A DNA stretch of 64,000 bases from Podarcis gaigeae (taxonomy: Eukaryota), in assembly GCA_964106915.2 (NCBI GenBank), contig OZ066918.1; one strand, 5' to 3'. The stretch's first letter is position 1; each line of letters opens with the position of its first letter. A program made the position numbers and the translations under genes. Below the pieces are notes generated by a model. The model was not told where the DNA came from, ran no database searches, and saw only the letters and a list, made by a program, of their open reading frames with translations. This document shows positions 50,042 through 62,604 of this stretch, in pieces.

Positions 50042-50693
50042 GTGAGTAATGGATTCTGTCAGCTCTCTCTCTCTGTCTCTCCCCTCCCTGACTTGTTTCG
50101 GTGCCAAGCAACACATTAGGTAGAAAATCCATGACTGGATCTTATCAAATTTTCTGTGATGTGCAGCCACTGAGGCTGACAATTTGACCTGAGCATGAGC
50201 AGTGGGAGAGTTTTTTCCTCCTGTGCTGATATCCCAATCAAGATTCTCCCTTCCCCAGGAAACTGACTATGTGCATCCCCCCCGCTCCTCAAAACACAAA
50301 TGGGGGAGAATGACACTCGGAATCAGGAACCGTGTGTGAATTTCATGCTATGGTGACATAAAACAAATAATGTTTTATGCAAAAATCCTTAAAAGCAGTA
50401 TTTTTGGCCACCAAATGAATAAAAAGATGTCTGCTTGGTTCTTTGGTTGCCTGATGTCTGGCTAAAGGTTTGTCAGAATATATTAAATAGTTGCTGTGAA
50501 GTAGAAGTAGGAGCTTTTTCCTTGACATTAATTGCCTTTGCTACTTCTGTTATAGATTCAGAGAACTCTGGTTTAAGAGCATTTCAAACACGATCACTGA
50601 AAGCAAAACAAATATCAAACAACCTAATCAATGTGGAATTTGATACAGTTTAGTTAGACCTCTCAAAAAACAATTGATCCCTGTTCCTTTTAG

Positions 50694-50846
50694 GTACTAT
50701 ATTAAGGCGTTGGAAGAAGAACTGGTTTGATCTGTGGGCTCATGGCCATTTGTTATTTTATGACGACCAACATCGGCAGGATCTAGAGGATCGAATTCAC
50801 ATGAAAGTTGACTGCATCAACGTCAGAGTGGGAAATGAATGCCGAG
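50694..50846 (+). CDS. PLEKHB2: PLEKHB2 coding exon, PH domain
   Basis: tttag| (S)TILRRWKKNWFDLWAHGHLLFYDDQHRQDLEDRIHMKVDCINVRVGNECR |gtgcg; 153 nt. Confidence 0.95.
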
Positions 50847-50943
50847 GTGCGAATATCTTCTTTTTATTTGAACTTTCCCACCCTCTGCATACATACACCT
50901 GCTCAGTGCCACCTGTAATACAAATATGAAGGACTTACCACTA

Positions 50944-51238
50944 CAGTGGTGCCTCGCAAGACGAAATTAATCCGTTCCGCGAGTCTCTTCGTCTTGCGGT
51001 TTTTTCATCTTGCGAAGCACGGCTATTAGCGGCTTAGCAGCTTAGCGGCTATTAACGGCTTAGCGGCTATTAACGGCTTAGCGGCTTTAAGAAAAAGGAA
51101 AAGAACTCGCAAGACGTTTCATCTTGCGAAGCAAGCCCATAGGGAAATTCGTCTAGCGAAGCGACGCAAAAACCGAAAAACCCTTTCGTCTTGCGCGTTT
51201 TTCGTTTTGCGAGGCATTCGTCTTGCGGGGCACCACTG
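50944..51238. mobile_element. Tc1/mariner (Tigger-like) MITE, 295 bp
   Basis: TA|CAGTGGTGCCTCGCAAGACGAA...TTCGTCTTGCGGGGCACCACTG|TA; internal ttagcggc repeats. Confidence 0.92.
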
Positions 51239-51290
51239 TATATGTAGACTTGGTTCTAAATTCACAAAGCCATTTCTCACAGTGCTAAAC

Positions 51291-51426
51291 CAGGCATAGG
51301 CAAACTCGGCCCTCCAGATGTTTTGGGACTACAACTGCCATCATCCCTATCTAACAGGACCGGTGGTCAGGGGTGATGGGAATTGTAGTCTCAAAATATC
51401 TGGAGGGCCGAGTTTGCCTGTGCCTG
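51291..51426. mobile_element. Palindromic hAT MITE, 136 bp
   Basis: caggcataggcaaactcggccctccagat / atctggagggccgagtttgcctgtgcctg; perfect 8-bp TSD TGCTAAAC at 51283-51290 and 51427-51434. Confidence 0.92.
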
Positions 51427-51676
51427 TGCTAAACTATGACCAGTGATGGTATCAATGTGGCACTATGCACATTTCCAGTGCACCCATACATGCAGTGAAT
51501 TACAACTTTATTCTACTTGGTTTAACATAAATGCAGAGGATCCCCATCGCCTTTTCTCAGGACATAACTGGCATATTCTTGTTTTGTCCTTTGCAGGGGA
51601 AAAGGGAGCTTATTTGCAAAGCAACCTATTTTATTTTATTCTAGTTATTTGCAAAAAAGAATTATGTTACAAAATA

Positions 51677-51892
51677 CAGTGGCACCTCGGGTTACAGACA
51701 CTTCAGGTTACAGACTCTGCTAACCCAGAAATATCCGTGTGCTGCTCTGGTTCGCCAGAAGTGGCTTAGTCATGCTGGCCACATGACCCAGAAGCTGTAC
51801 GCCGGCTCCCTCAGCCAATAAAGCGATTTGAGCGCCGCAACCCCAGAGTTGGTCACGACTGGACCTAATGGTCAGGGGTCACTTTACCTTTA
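51677..51892 (+). mobile_element. MITE left end (51677-51733) fused to the 3' half of a Sauria SINE (51734-51892)
   Basis: TA|cagtggcacctcgggttac left end, then tccgtgtgctgctctggttcgccagaag...actttaccttta matching the reverse complement of 62257-62410. Confidence 0.8.
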
Positions 51893-52177
51893 TGGGCAAC
51901 TGAAAGACCCGGGAACTTGCAGCACAGCCTTGCACCTCTAGGTGTTCCTTTTTGCAGCAAAGGCTTTGTGACATACCTTAAATCAAGTGGAGCTTGGGTG
52001 TGTCTCCTCCGTTTCTCAAGCTTAGGATTCTGCTTTAGTTTCTGAATCAGGCTTCCCATTGTATGTGCCTACTCAAGCTTCTTTGGAGGATCTGAGTTTA
52101 AAAGTGAATTAAGCATTTAGCTTGGTGCCACGTGGAGCTGAAGTACCATTCTTTTACTTCACCTTTCTCTTGGGCAG

Positions 52178-52280
52178 GTTTCCAGCCTCCGGAGGGGAAG
52201 CCTAGGGATTGCTTGCTGCAGATCATTTGCCGTGATGGGAAAGTGCTCAACCTCTGTGCGGAAAGTGCTGACGACTGCTT
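52178..52280 (+). CDS. PLEKHB2: PLEKHB2 coding exon, PH domain
   Basis: ggcag| (G)FQPPEGKPRDCLLQIICRDGKVLNLCAESADDC(L) |gtgagt; 103 nt. Confidence 0.95.
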
Positions 52281-53843
52281 GTGAGTTTCTTCTGCTTACT
52301 TGAAAATAAAAGACCTTCCCTTCTGAAAGAGTGACACGTATGCATAATGAACGGCCATGTGCCATATGTTCTTGAATGAGTTGTTTGCAAAACAGTTGCA
52401 ACTCTCCCAACTGCAAGAAGCAGACCCGTGTCTTAGCTCACTTCCCAAAGCGGATGTTTGAGCTAATTATCATGGTCAGATAACTAACTTTCCCCATCCC
52501 TTTTGAAACTAGGGGAGTGTAATGACAGCTTCACACCAGGACTTTAGCTGAGCATCTTTGCTTTTTCCTTTCCAGATTATCACCTATTAACAGATGGTTC
52601 AATTTCCCTCCACTTATTAATAGCCTTTCAAGGATTTATGTCTTTGGGGATATTTTATTCTTGCATACTGATAAAGGGAATTGTTGTTGCTGGTCAGATT
52701 ATTTTCTAGGCTAGTGACTCGTCAGATTGAGCATCAGGCTACACATGGTCTGCATTCGCATGTAACAGCAAACCCTGATTTGTTTTGCTGCATTTGCATG
52801 TAGTGCTAAGCCAAACCATGACATTAAGCCAAACTTGTGGGCGCTGGAGGAGAATGCAGGCAGTTTGCTCCTTCCTGGTCCTTCAGTTTAGCATGTTGCC
52901 TGAACCCAGGCTTGTGGTTGAACCTCTCTCTTCCTTAACCACAGCTTGTAGCCAAGGTTTTTTTCTGGCTACTTCTTGTGGCTAGATTGAAGAGATTTAA
53001 CCCTTTGGTCCCTGGCTTTAATTGTACCCCAAGCTTGCTGTTAGTCCTTGAGGGGAAGACATGGATTCAGGACATTGAACTCAGCTGTTTTTCACTTCAG
53101 TAGTCAGTTTGGATTGAGAGAGGGAGGAGACACTTTGACCTAAATCCAAAAGCATTAGTTAGACACTCTCCCTCTGCAATTGCATTCCCAACCATAGCTA
53201 CTTTTTTGTGTAATAAAAATGCACCAGGTCTTCTAATCATGCTCCTCCCATGTAGTTTCACCACAAATAGTTGCTATAATTTTTTTCTATTTTTTTATTT
53301 TCTTTTCAATGCAGTGCAAAACTATAACAAAAATTACAAACATTGAATCCAAAATAAAACCATACAAACAAGAAAGAAAAACAGAACACAAAAAAGCACA
53401 CATCTCCAAATAAAACCCTATCATCATTCTAATCTAGTCCTTACATACATATACACATATTGACTTCCTTCCTTTGTTCTAAGACCTCAAAATTTTTACT
53501 GTTACTAAATTGTTGTGTCTAATGTAGATTACTTCCATCTTTGTACTTTTTTACACCATTTTTCTTTTTCTTTAACCCTGTAATGCATCATTCATTACAT
53601 ACTGATATACTTACTCCAGAACAATGTTTTTTCATATACTCTTTAGCACAACCCCATTCTTTTAATAATTTCTGGTCCGATTGTCCCCTTATGAATGCTT
53701 GAGTCTTGCCAGGTTTATATATTCACAAAGGTTGCTACAATTTTTTTCTAAACTTGTTAACATGGAGGTACAATTTATATTAGTGATTCTTCCACCATTA
53801 TGCTTTTTTTTTTTTTACACTGTTTGCTTCATATTTTATACAG

Positions 53844-53883
53844 AGCTTGGAAAATTGCTCTCCAGGATGCCAGAACAAATGGG
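53844..53883 (+). CDS. PLEKHB2: PLEKHB2 40-nt coding exon
   Basis: tacag| (L)AWKIALQDARTNG |gtaagt; restores phase 0. Confidence 0.93.
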
Positions 53884-55123
53884 GTAAGTTGGGTTTTGTG
53901 TGTGTGTGTGTGCTTGCAATAGTAGCATTGAGAGAAATAACCTTTCATTTAGATTTCTTTTTTGAGTATCTTTTTTGTGTGGCTAGTACCTTGGCCCACA
54001 CTTCTCTTGTTCTGATGGAAGGAGTAAGTGTAAGAAGTGCATAGGAAGCTTAGGAAGAACCTTGCTGCATCAAACCAAAGCCTCCTTGTAGTTCAGCATC
54101 CTGTTCTCACAGTGGTCATCTGGCCTTATTCCTATCATCATCACAGGCCCAACTTGTATGATCCATTTCTTGATCATGTTAGCCAGTGAAGGAATCTTTA
54201 GGAAGATACTTATTTCAGAAATGAGCAAAAGTCAAATATTACACACAACATGATGCGTAACGCTTCAAAGGTGCCCTTTGCCACTCGCCTAGCATGCCTG
54301 GAGCAAGTAGCTTCCCCAGGGGAGCAGACAAGCTGCAGCCTCTGATTCTGCTTAATACACAGGCACACACCCTTGTCATCGTGCTCTTTCCTGGAATCAG
54401 AAAAGAATCCAGCAGGGCTGGTGGAAATTGCTATGCATTTCTGGCCCTGTAGTCCAAGAAGTGTTGTCCTTTGGTGCTTTCTCATCTCTGCTGCAGACCT
54501 ATCCCAGCTCCCGCCCTTGATCCTTAAAAAGGTAGGAGAGCAAGTCAAGCCAACTCAACAGGGCTCCTCGCAGCTTGAACAAAAACACAATGCGGCTGTT
54601 GGTGATCATCCACAAAGCCATCTGTGTCAAGGTTGCTGCTGTCTTCTGCGGAACATAAAAGCGGCATCGTGGTTCTTCTGCCGCATATCCACAGGGTGAA
54701 CAAAAATAATAATCCTTTCGTGTGCTAGAAGCAAAGCCATCTGCTGGAGAGCAGGGAAAGAGAACACAGAGAAATTTTAAGAACTTGGTAATTTTGGTAT
54801 GTTCTCCCTCTACCTCCGACAGTGGCATCTTCTTTCCACTTTGCCTTGTGTCTGATGTTCTTCCCACTTCTCACCTACCTAACATGGGAAGGCTGTACTT
54901 TTCCATTTTGCCCTGCATTGTGCGTTAAACTCCTCAGTTTAAGTATGGTTGATCAGTAATGCTATTTTGTACAGTAAGTCAACAACTCAGCATTTCCCAA
55001 AGATGCTAACCTCATTTCAATTTCCTATTGAGTGCTCCGTTTATCCAATCCTGCTCCCATCTGCAGTGATTGCAACTGAAGAATTTGAACAGCTGCTTCT
55101 GTGTTTTATGTTAACATGTCCAG

Positions 55124-55213
55124 GCCTATATTGGTTCGGAAGTGATGTATGACGACAATACAATTTCCTCGTCTCCTCCTCCGTACACGGCTTATGCAAC
55201 ACCATCGCCTGAG
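55124..55213 (+). CDS. PLEKHB2: PLEKHB2 coding exon with PPPY motif
   Basis: tccag| AYIGSEVMYDDNTISSSPPPYTAYATPSPE |gtaag; 90 nt. Confidence 0.93.
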
Positions 55214-55598
55214 GTAAGCTACGGAAAACATGATATAAGGAGAGTTTGGTTAGTGCAAGTTGCTTAAAACTGGGCATTTTGTGAGGTGACCTATGCATAA
55301 AGTTTAGCTGGCAGGTTTCACCTGTCCTGAAGAAGCAGATGGTGCGTCATACCTGAGCTGGTGATGTCAGGCAGCACCTGTTTGCTTGAGTTGTTCAGCA
55401 GATGAAGCCTGTTCCCTGTGTCTAGTTTTAAAAGAGGTCTTAAACCCTTGCCCCATCTTCCATCACAGCATGGCATATTGTATAGGTGTCCTCTTCAGTT
55501 TCAAGCGAAAAGCCTTGTAGTTAAAGAGAATGGGATGCCGCACTCAGGAATGTTTGGTTCCAATGTACGCTGCTAACAATTGTTCTCAATGTCATCAG

Positions 55599-55707
55599 GT
55601 TTATGGCTACCCACAGTACAATGGCGCATATCCACCACCCGGGGCTCAGGTCTTCTTTACTTCTAATGGACAGACGTATGCAATCCCCTATCAATATCCA
55701 AACCAAG
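55599..55707 (+). CDS. PLEKHB2: PLEKHB2 coding exon, Y/P/G-rich region
   Basis: atcag| VYGYPQYNGAYPPPGAQVFFTSNGQTYAIPYQYPNQ |gtaac; 109 nt. Confidence 0.93.
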
Positions 55708-55883
55708 GTAACTGGTAATATTTATTCTTCTATGACTTGATTTAGTACATGCAGTTTGGTTTTGCATTCAGTATTTCCCCCACACAACCCACTCCCCCTT
55801 GGTAGTAAGGTATTTTATTACTCAACAATAAATGAATAAATACCCTAAAATTACCATTTCTTCAGTATATATAATGCATTTGC

Positions 55884-56619
55884 CGTATTTTTCCATTTAC
55901 AAGACTCCCCTATGTATAAGATGATACCTATATTTTTTAACCCTAAATTAAGAAAACAATATTCAAGAATTTACAAATACAGATTTTACAATATTGTTCT
56001 TCCAATACAAATCAGACTTCCCTTCCCTGCTTTTGTGGTGTCTTCTCTTATTTAAATTTTTAACACTGCGTTTTCTACTTTACTCCATTTTTTTATTATT
56101 CTACAATTAATCTTAATAGTACTTTTAACTGCTTGATTTAAGTTAACCCTACCAATGCACTTAGTTGCATACCATAGTTTTTCAAATATTCCACAAATAT
56201 TCCCCACTCCTTAATAATCCCCCCGCCCCCTTGGTTTCTTAACGCACCCATTAATTTTGCCATTTCGGCATAAACCATCAATTGAATCAGCCACTCTTCC
56301 CTGGTTGGAACAGCATCCTCTTTCCATCTCTGGGCAAAAAGAAATCAATATTTTAAACACCTGAGGTTGCCCAAATTTGTTGAGCTTTTTTGGGGGGAAT
56401 TTGTCCAAATTAGTTTCTGCTGAGGGAGGCAGGCAAGGCAGCAATAGGGAGCAGGAGAAGGAACCAGAGTCAAGCAGGGCATGAAGATGAGAGATGCCAA
56501 GCCAAAGCGGAACGAGCAGCTGAAGCACTGGACCGTATTTTTCCATGTATAGAACGACCCCCTATTTTGGACTAAAAAAATTAAGCAAAAAACATTGTCT
56601 TATACACGGAAAAATATGG
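55884..56619. mobile_element. Interrupted pogo/Tc2-like MITE with an AT-rich internal insert
   Basis: ccgtatttttccatttacaagac left end; gtcttatacacggaaaaatatgg|ta right end; second left-end-like copy at 56533. Confidence 0.55.
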
Positions 56620-57626
56620 TACTTATAATTTCCCTCCCTATCTCAGACCTAAAATCATAAGTAGAAAAAGGTTTATAATGAGGATGTAACGTAAGAGATA
56701 GTAGTATAATTCTCGTCTTCTGATGGTATTTCTCTCTCCCAAATTTTTGATGTGTACATTACTAGTACCTTTAGTACATTAGCATGATATGAGAGTGTAA
56801 CTTAGACTACAAGAACTATATCCCAGTCCATAACCATACTGGATTTGAAATTGTTTTTATATATGCAGTTATTTTATATATGTTTTATTATATTGTGAGA
56901 TGCTGCATATGAAGGGAATGAAATTAATAATAGTTTCAATAGGAATGAAATTAATAATAATAACTGCAACATTTTGATGGCAATCCTGTGATCACTTAAC
57001 CTGGGATTGAGTTTATTGGGACTTACTCCTGAGTAAACATGTAAAGGTTTGCACTGCTAAGTATGTTTGGCTTCTATTGCTGGTTGCTTGTATCAGAAAT
57101 ATGCCATCTTTAATTGCTTAAGTCAGTTATGGTCATAAAATATGCCCATGCTCAGGTTACTGAGGGAGTTTCAGTGCCAGATTGTAATTAAATCTGTGCT
57201 GGGGAACTTGTGGCTCTCTAGATGTTTCTGGGACTTCAACTCCCATCAGTCTCAGTCAACATGGCCAGTAGTCATGGCAATGGGAACTGTAGTCCATCAA
57301 GATCTCGAGGGCCACAGATTCCCCATCCCTCTATTAAAGGTTGGAGTATTCTTACACTGTCACTGCTGATGTGCAAAGAAACCCGTGTGAGAGTTCTCAA
57401 CCCATTATTAGGTCAGCCTGTGCTACTGCGAAACTATAGTATAAGACTATAGTTTGATTAATTATCCTGTATCATATACTTCTGTGATATGACAGCTGCA
57501 GTTGCTTTATGGATTATATTGTGTTTGAATGTGTTCTTATGGTTTGACTGTCCTGTCTTCCTGTTCTTTGGCATGAGTGGTTTATGCCCTCACAATAACA
57601 GCGTTGAGATGTGATCCTTTAAACAA

Positions 57627-58252
57627 CAGTGGTCCAACTTTTCATACCAAGTGGGCCACAAGAGGGGGTGTGAGGCCAAAGTTTGACACCACCTCAGCCA
57701 ACGTGTTGCCTCCCCGAAGTCAACTAAACAAGGTGCCAAACTCTGGGAAGGAGGCGCAAGGCTCTGGCAGGGTCCTAGAGGCTTCCTACCTCCTACCCAA
57801 AGCTGGGAAAGTGCGAACTAGGCTTTGGGAAAGGAGGGTGAAGGACTCTGGGACTCTGCCAAAGCCCTCATGCCTTCCTTTCCAAAGCCTAGTGCAGTGT
57901 CCAAACATTTTTCAAAGAGGGCCAGATTTGATGAAGTGAAGGGCCGTGAGGGCCGACCAAAGGGCCAACCAAAGTTTTTTTAGGACTTTTTAAGGATTGA
58001 AGTTGTTAAGGTTTTTTTAGGATATTTTACCCCAGGAAATAAACTGCCACAGGGGCCAGATTAAACCGACCGGTGGGCCAGATTAGGCCCCCGAAACGGA
58101 CTTTGGACATGCCTGGCCTAGTGCCTCGGTTACCCAGTTTTGGGAAGGCAGTGCAAGGGCTGTGGTGTGGGAGTGTCAAATGTTGTCAAGGGCTGTCCAA
58201 AAAGGCCTTGAGGGCTACAGGTGGCTCTTGGGTCACATGTTGGACTGCCCTG
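57627..58252. mobile_element. Older hAT-like element hosting a nested insertion
   Basis: cagtggtccaac ... gttggactgccctg ends; internal ccaaagcctagt / actaggctttgg inversion. Confidence 0.55.
57895..58115. mobile_element. Nested non-autonomous hAT element, 221 bp
   Basis: Perfect 8-bp TSD GCCTAGTG at 57887-57894 and 58116-58123; cag(--)tgtccaaa / tttggacatgcctg ends. Confidence 0.8.
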
Positions 58253-58674
58253 CCCAACCACATTATAGAGGATCAGCAATGAGTCATATTTGTGTGTGTG
58301 TGTACACTCGCCTTGGGGAACATGATATCTGAATGTAGCCACTGGATGAAATACAGTGTTAGTCATACTCAGAGTAGACTCAGTAAAAAGGAGTGGATTG
58401 CGTTACTTGAGTACAATGTAGACATCACCCACAGCTTTTATCGGTCTTCCTTCACATTACCTCCTCTGTGTGTTCGTTCAGGTTCCCTGGCATTGAAAAT
58501 CATTTACTTTTAAAGACACAGCTATCTAGCCCACATTAATGGCAAGGCTTTCCTTTCTCCATTTTTATGGAGTCCAGAATGTGTTGGCCTCCCAGTTTTA
58601 AGGAGATCAATGAAAGGGAACAAGAAGTTTCAAGTTTTATTTCTATTTAAATCCCACGGTGTTCTTCTTTCCAG

Positions 58675-58811
58675 GTCCTTATGGCCACCCTCCTGCGAAT
58701 CATGTCATCATTCGAGAGCGCTACCGGGATAATGATGGGGACCTGGCGCTTGGCATGCTTGCTGGAGCAGCAACAGGAATGGCCCTGGGCTCGTTGTTCT
58801 GGGTGTTCTAG
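58675..58811 (+). CDS. PLEKHB2: PLEKHB2 last coding exon, hydrophobic C-terminal anchor
   Basis: tccag| (G)PYGHPPANHVIIRERYRDNDGDLALGMLAGAATGMALGSLFWVF*; total CDS 669 nt = 222 aa. Confidence 0.95.
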
Positions 58812-59787
58812 GCTCCCTCTGGAGCCACAAAGCTAAGGGAGACCTGAAGTCTTCTGTGTGCAATAATATGTATTTGCAAAGTACTTCACTTTAATCTACA
58901 ATTTTTTCCGATAGGTTCTAGTAGTACTTTTTGCTGGTGGCAGGCAGATTGTAGTTAACAAAAATTCCCAGCTGTCCCAAAGGTGCCCTTTAGTTGAAAA
59001 GTGGTTAGCATAATGGCTCGTGGTCAGATGAGTTTGTGATTCTATGCATTGATAAGTAAGTAGCAGTAATATCAATGAAGTGTTACTAATGATGGCTAAA
59101 TGGCCACAGTTGACTCATTTTTACAGTCAAATATTAACCATCTTGTTAAAATTACTTCAGCTACTGCCTCAGAATGCTAACTGGAAAGCAAGGGAGCACA
59201 AAAGTGGGTATTTCTGAATCCAGGGGATTTTGACTCCGACATTTTTCTTAGCACTCCTAGAAGACAAAGATGATGATTCAGTAGCCATGCCGTGGGATCC
59301 ATTGAATGTTTTCTTGTATTCAAGGGAGAGCTCTGGCATTTCAGTAGCTTGACAAGGATTGCACACTTACTGTACAAGTCCTTCCCAAGGCTGAACCAGG
59401 GACAGGGAACCTTTGGCTCTTGAGATGCTCTTGGACTTCAACTCCCATCATCCTTGATCAGTGGCTATGCTGGCAGGAGTTGGGAGTTCAACCAAATATG
59501 GAGAGCTCAAATTCCCTCTCCCTCGTCTAAGCAATAGAAAAATCTGACATTTCTTCTAGAAAGGAGTTTGGATTACCATGCAAACCATTCCACTGTCCTA
59601 GAAACCGCAACCTCATTTAGATCCTAGTAACAGTTCCTTAGGGTAACGGTGGCCGGAAAGAAAGCTTAACACGCGGACATCAGGCCTCCGGAACATTTGC
59701 TAAGGCAGGTAGAAGGATAGTGAATTAATAGGTGGTAGGAGGTGTTGTGATGGGGATAAATGTGTTCAAAGTCTAACTTCCTGGTTT

Positions 59788-59909
59788 AGGTATATGGGAA
59801 CCTTTTGAATCTGTATTGAGATTTATACAAAGTAATTATGCTCTCTTAAGGTATATGGGAACCTTTTGAATCTGTATTGAGATTTATACAAAGTAATTAT
59901 GCTCTCTTA
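59788..59909. repeat. Perfect 61-bp tandem duplication in the PLEKHB2 3' region
   Basis: aggtatatgggaaccttttgaatctgtattgagatttatacaaagtaattatgctctctta x2. Confidence 0.95.
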
Positions 59910-60823
59910 CCTGCAACTATAAACTACTTCTAACAAGGGCTTCTACTTTCCAGACACACTACAGAGATACCTCTGTTTTGGTTGCACGCTCCAGTCTGCT
60001 TCTCCTTCTGCAGCTAAATTATCTGCTTTAAAGATGTAAGACCCCTACTTCTGTGAGAGGACAGAAAAAAGAGCAAGTATCCCCACCTGGAAATTATTTT
60101 CAGCAGTGTAGGTTAATAAAAAGAAAGGCACACCTATTTTTATCCATCCGTTGCATGAGCATCCTGTTAAAATCTGAGATCTACACAAGACTCTTCCAAG
60201 TGTCTATAGGCTCTGCTGTGTTCTCTGGTGAACCTGCAAGCTTTGAACAGCAGCGAGCAAAGGGGACTTGGGTTGTGCTGCCTGCCGTAATGACAAACCC
60301 TAGCCGAATGCATTCCATTCCTATTTAAATGGGATAACTGAATTGTGAGTGAGGCAAAGGCAAGGTAATGGTACTGGAAGTCTTAATATTGGTCTTGTAC
60401 ACCTTGTATGCCAGTGTTTGCCTTGGGTGTGTCTATGCAACTGCTGTTGAAATGCAACAGGGGGACCTTATTGCATCCAGCAGTTGTTGGATTTGAAAGT
60501 GTGGCTTTTTAAAAACCTTGTCAGCAGTCTAGGACATTTCAAAAGACAGTACTGTGAACTGAAGAATGTGTGAACTGAAGATGCTTTACTTAATAGGTCT
60601 GCAGTCTCTTATTTAATACCCAGGCAAGTATGTTGGAAGCCTTGTAAGTTACTAAGAAACCGATAATACACTAAAAGCAGCACTAGCTTCTGCTCTGATT
60701 TTGTAATTTATCTAGTGTAATTTTAAGACCATCTCTCCTGTGCTATTATGTGTACTGTACAGAATTGTAGAACTTCCAGAAAACTCATTTCTTTGTATTT
60801 GTTACTTTGTGAGGAGAGAAAAA

Positions 60824-60829
60824 AATAAA
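60824..60829 (+). terminator. Candidate PLEKHB2 polyadenylation signal
   Basis: AATAAA preceded by several TGTA motifs, ~2 kb after the stop; other AATAAA hexamers lie nearby. Confidence 0.45.
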
Positions 60830-62256
60830 TGTAGTCTTCAAACTTTTGGCAAGTCAAAAATTTAATACACTCGTATTCCTTGATAAGATGTCAAGTTCAA
60901 GTTGGTTATAACTATAGAAAACTACACTATGAGCTGGGGGGGCTTCATTTTACCTGAATAATTATTTGCACATTGTAATGGGCATAATGGGAAAGAACAC
61001 AAGGCATCGACTAGCTGGATTTTAAAATATAACGGCTAAATCATATGCTCCTGTTGGATAAATGAATTCAGTAAACTGCAAAGCAAATAAAATCTTTCCA
61101 CATTTATCTTGCATTAATACCAGGAAATAAATCTTGACCAAGCTCAATATTCAAGAAGGGTTCCAAAAACTTGGGTAGAAATCTGGATTTTGCATCATAT
61201 GATTGCGAGTAAGATAACGTGCAGTGTCAACTATCCTCCCATGCCACATAATTCCAAATATTATTCAAGGAGTTGTTATTTGCTATGAAGTGGCAGAAAG
61301 AAGGCATAGTCTGGAGACAGCCTTGTAAACACAACCCTTGGAGGCCAGCCCTACTATTGAACAAACTAAGGTAGCTGCTTCAGGGAGCAGATGTTTGGAG
61401 AGAGCAGGGAGTGGTAGCAAGAGTGCTGGAGGACAGAGTTGTGTGTTCTGTGTGGTTTGCGCTCCCTAAGCTAGCCTGCTTTCCCTCAGGTACAGAGGAC
61501 ATTGCCAGCATAGATGGAAACTTTGCTAATTCAGTTGGCTTCCTTATTTCTGTTGATAATAACAGGAAGAAAAGGGGGAGTTATAAATAATGTGGATGTC
61601 TCAATGAATCTTTTCTCTATATCTTGCTGAGAACTTTCTAAGAGCAAACTGATCTTTCCCTACCTACAGATCTCCCTCTTCTCATCCAGAAGGAAATGCC
61701 AAATTGAGCATCTGACCAGCTGAATGTACTCAGCCAGGAATATATTGGAATGGTCTTGTGATTGTCACAGTGGCCACAATGTCCCAGGTTATGACAGGCA
61801 AGGGTATTGCTGCCAGCACCTTTAAAAAATATTAAGAGAGATGGGCTTCGCTTACGTAAATATTGGAGATAGATGCAACAGCTTTTTGGCACACAAGACT
61901 GTCAACATGGAAAGTTATTTAGTAGAAACAAAAGCCTGACAACTTTTGTGGCTTACTTTTCAGGGGCAGAAATGTTGCAGAAATGCAAGAGGCCACAGGA
62001 ATGTACTATGGGGAGGGAAGAGTTGGAAAGATTGACTGTGGTGGTATGAATGGGGAGGAAAGGGATAGCAAAATATGCTTGGGCTGGCACCCGTCACAAT
62101 TGTTCATACTGGCTTTGCACAATCTGTTATAAAGACATTTTTACAAAGTTAAAAGGCATAGGAAAATCTGTGCTAAAATCCTGAACAGCCCAATCTAACA
62201 TGATCAATGTGACTGAGCTTACAATTTAAATTGGTGGAATTATATGGGAGTAAAAA

Positions 62257-62604
62257 GGTAAAGGGACCCCTAACCGTTAGGTCCAGTTGCGAACGACTCT
62301 GGGGTTGCGGCGCTCATCTCGCTTCACTGGCCAAGGGAGCTGGCATACAGCTTCCGGGTCATGTGGCCAGCATGACTAAGCCACTTCTGGCGAACCAGAA
62401 CAGCACATGGAAACGCCGTTTACCTTCCCGCCGGAGTGGTACCTATTTATCTACTTGCACTTTGACGTGCTTTCAAACTGCTAGGTTGGCAGGAGCAGGG
62501 ACTGAGCAACAGGAACTCACCCCGTTGCGGGGATTCGAACCACTGACCTTCTGATCGGCAAGCCCTAGGCTCTGTGGTTTAGACCACAGAGCCACCCGCA
62601 TTCC
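62257..62604 (-). mobile_element. Full-length Sauria SINE (Squam1-type)
   Basis: tRNA-like head with ggttcgaatccc B-box, catgctggccacatgacc core, accttt tail; 17-bp TSD TTATATGGGAGTAAAAA at 62240-62256 and 62605-62621. Confidence 0.92.

Noticed and set aside
51020-51090. CRISPR-like repeat array
   Set aside because: Short tandem units without unique spacers inside a eukaryotic MITE; no cas genes.
53280-53720. AT-rich segment resembling an antisense LINE 3' end
   Set aside because: No diagnostic motif I can point to; family and limits are unsupported.
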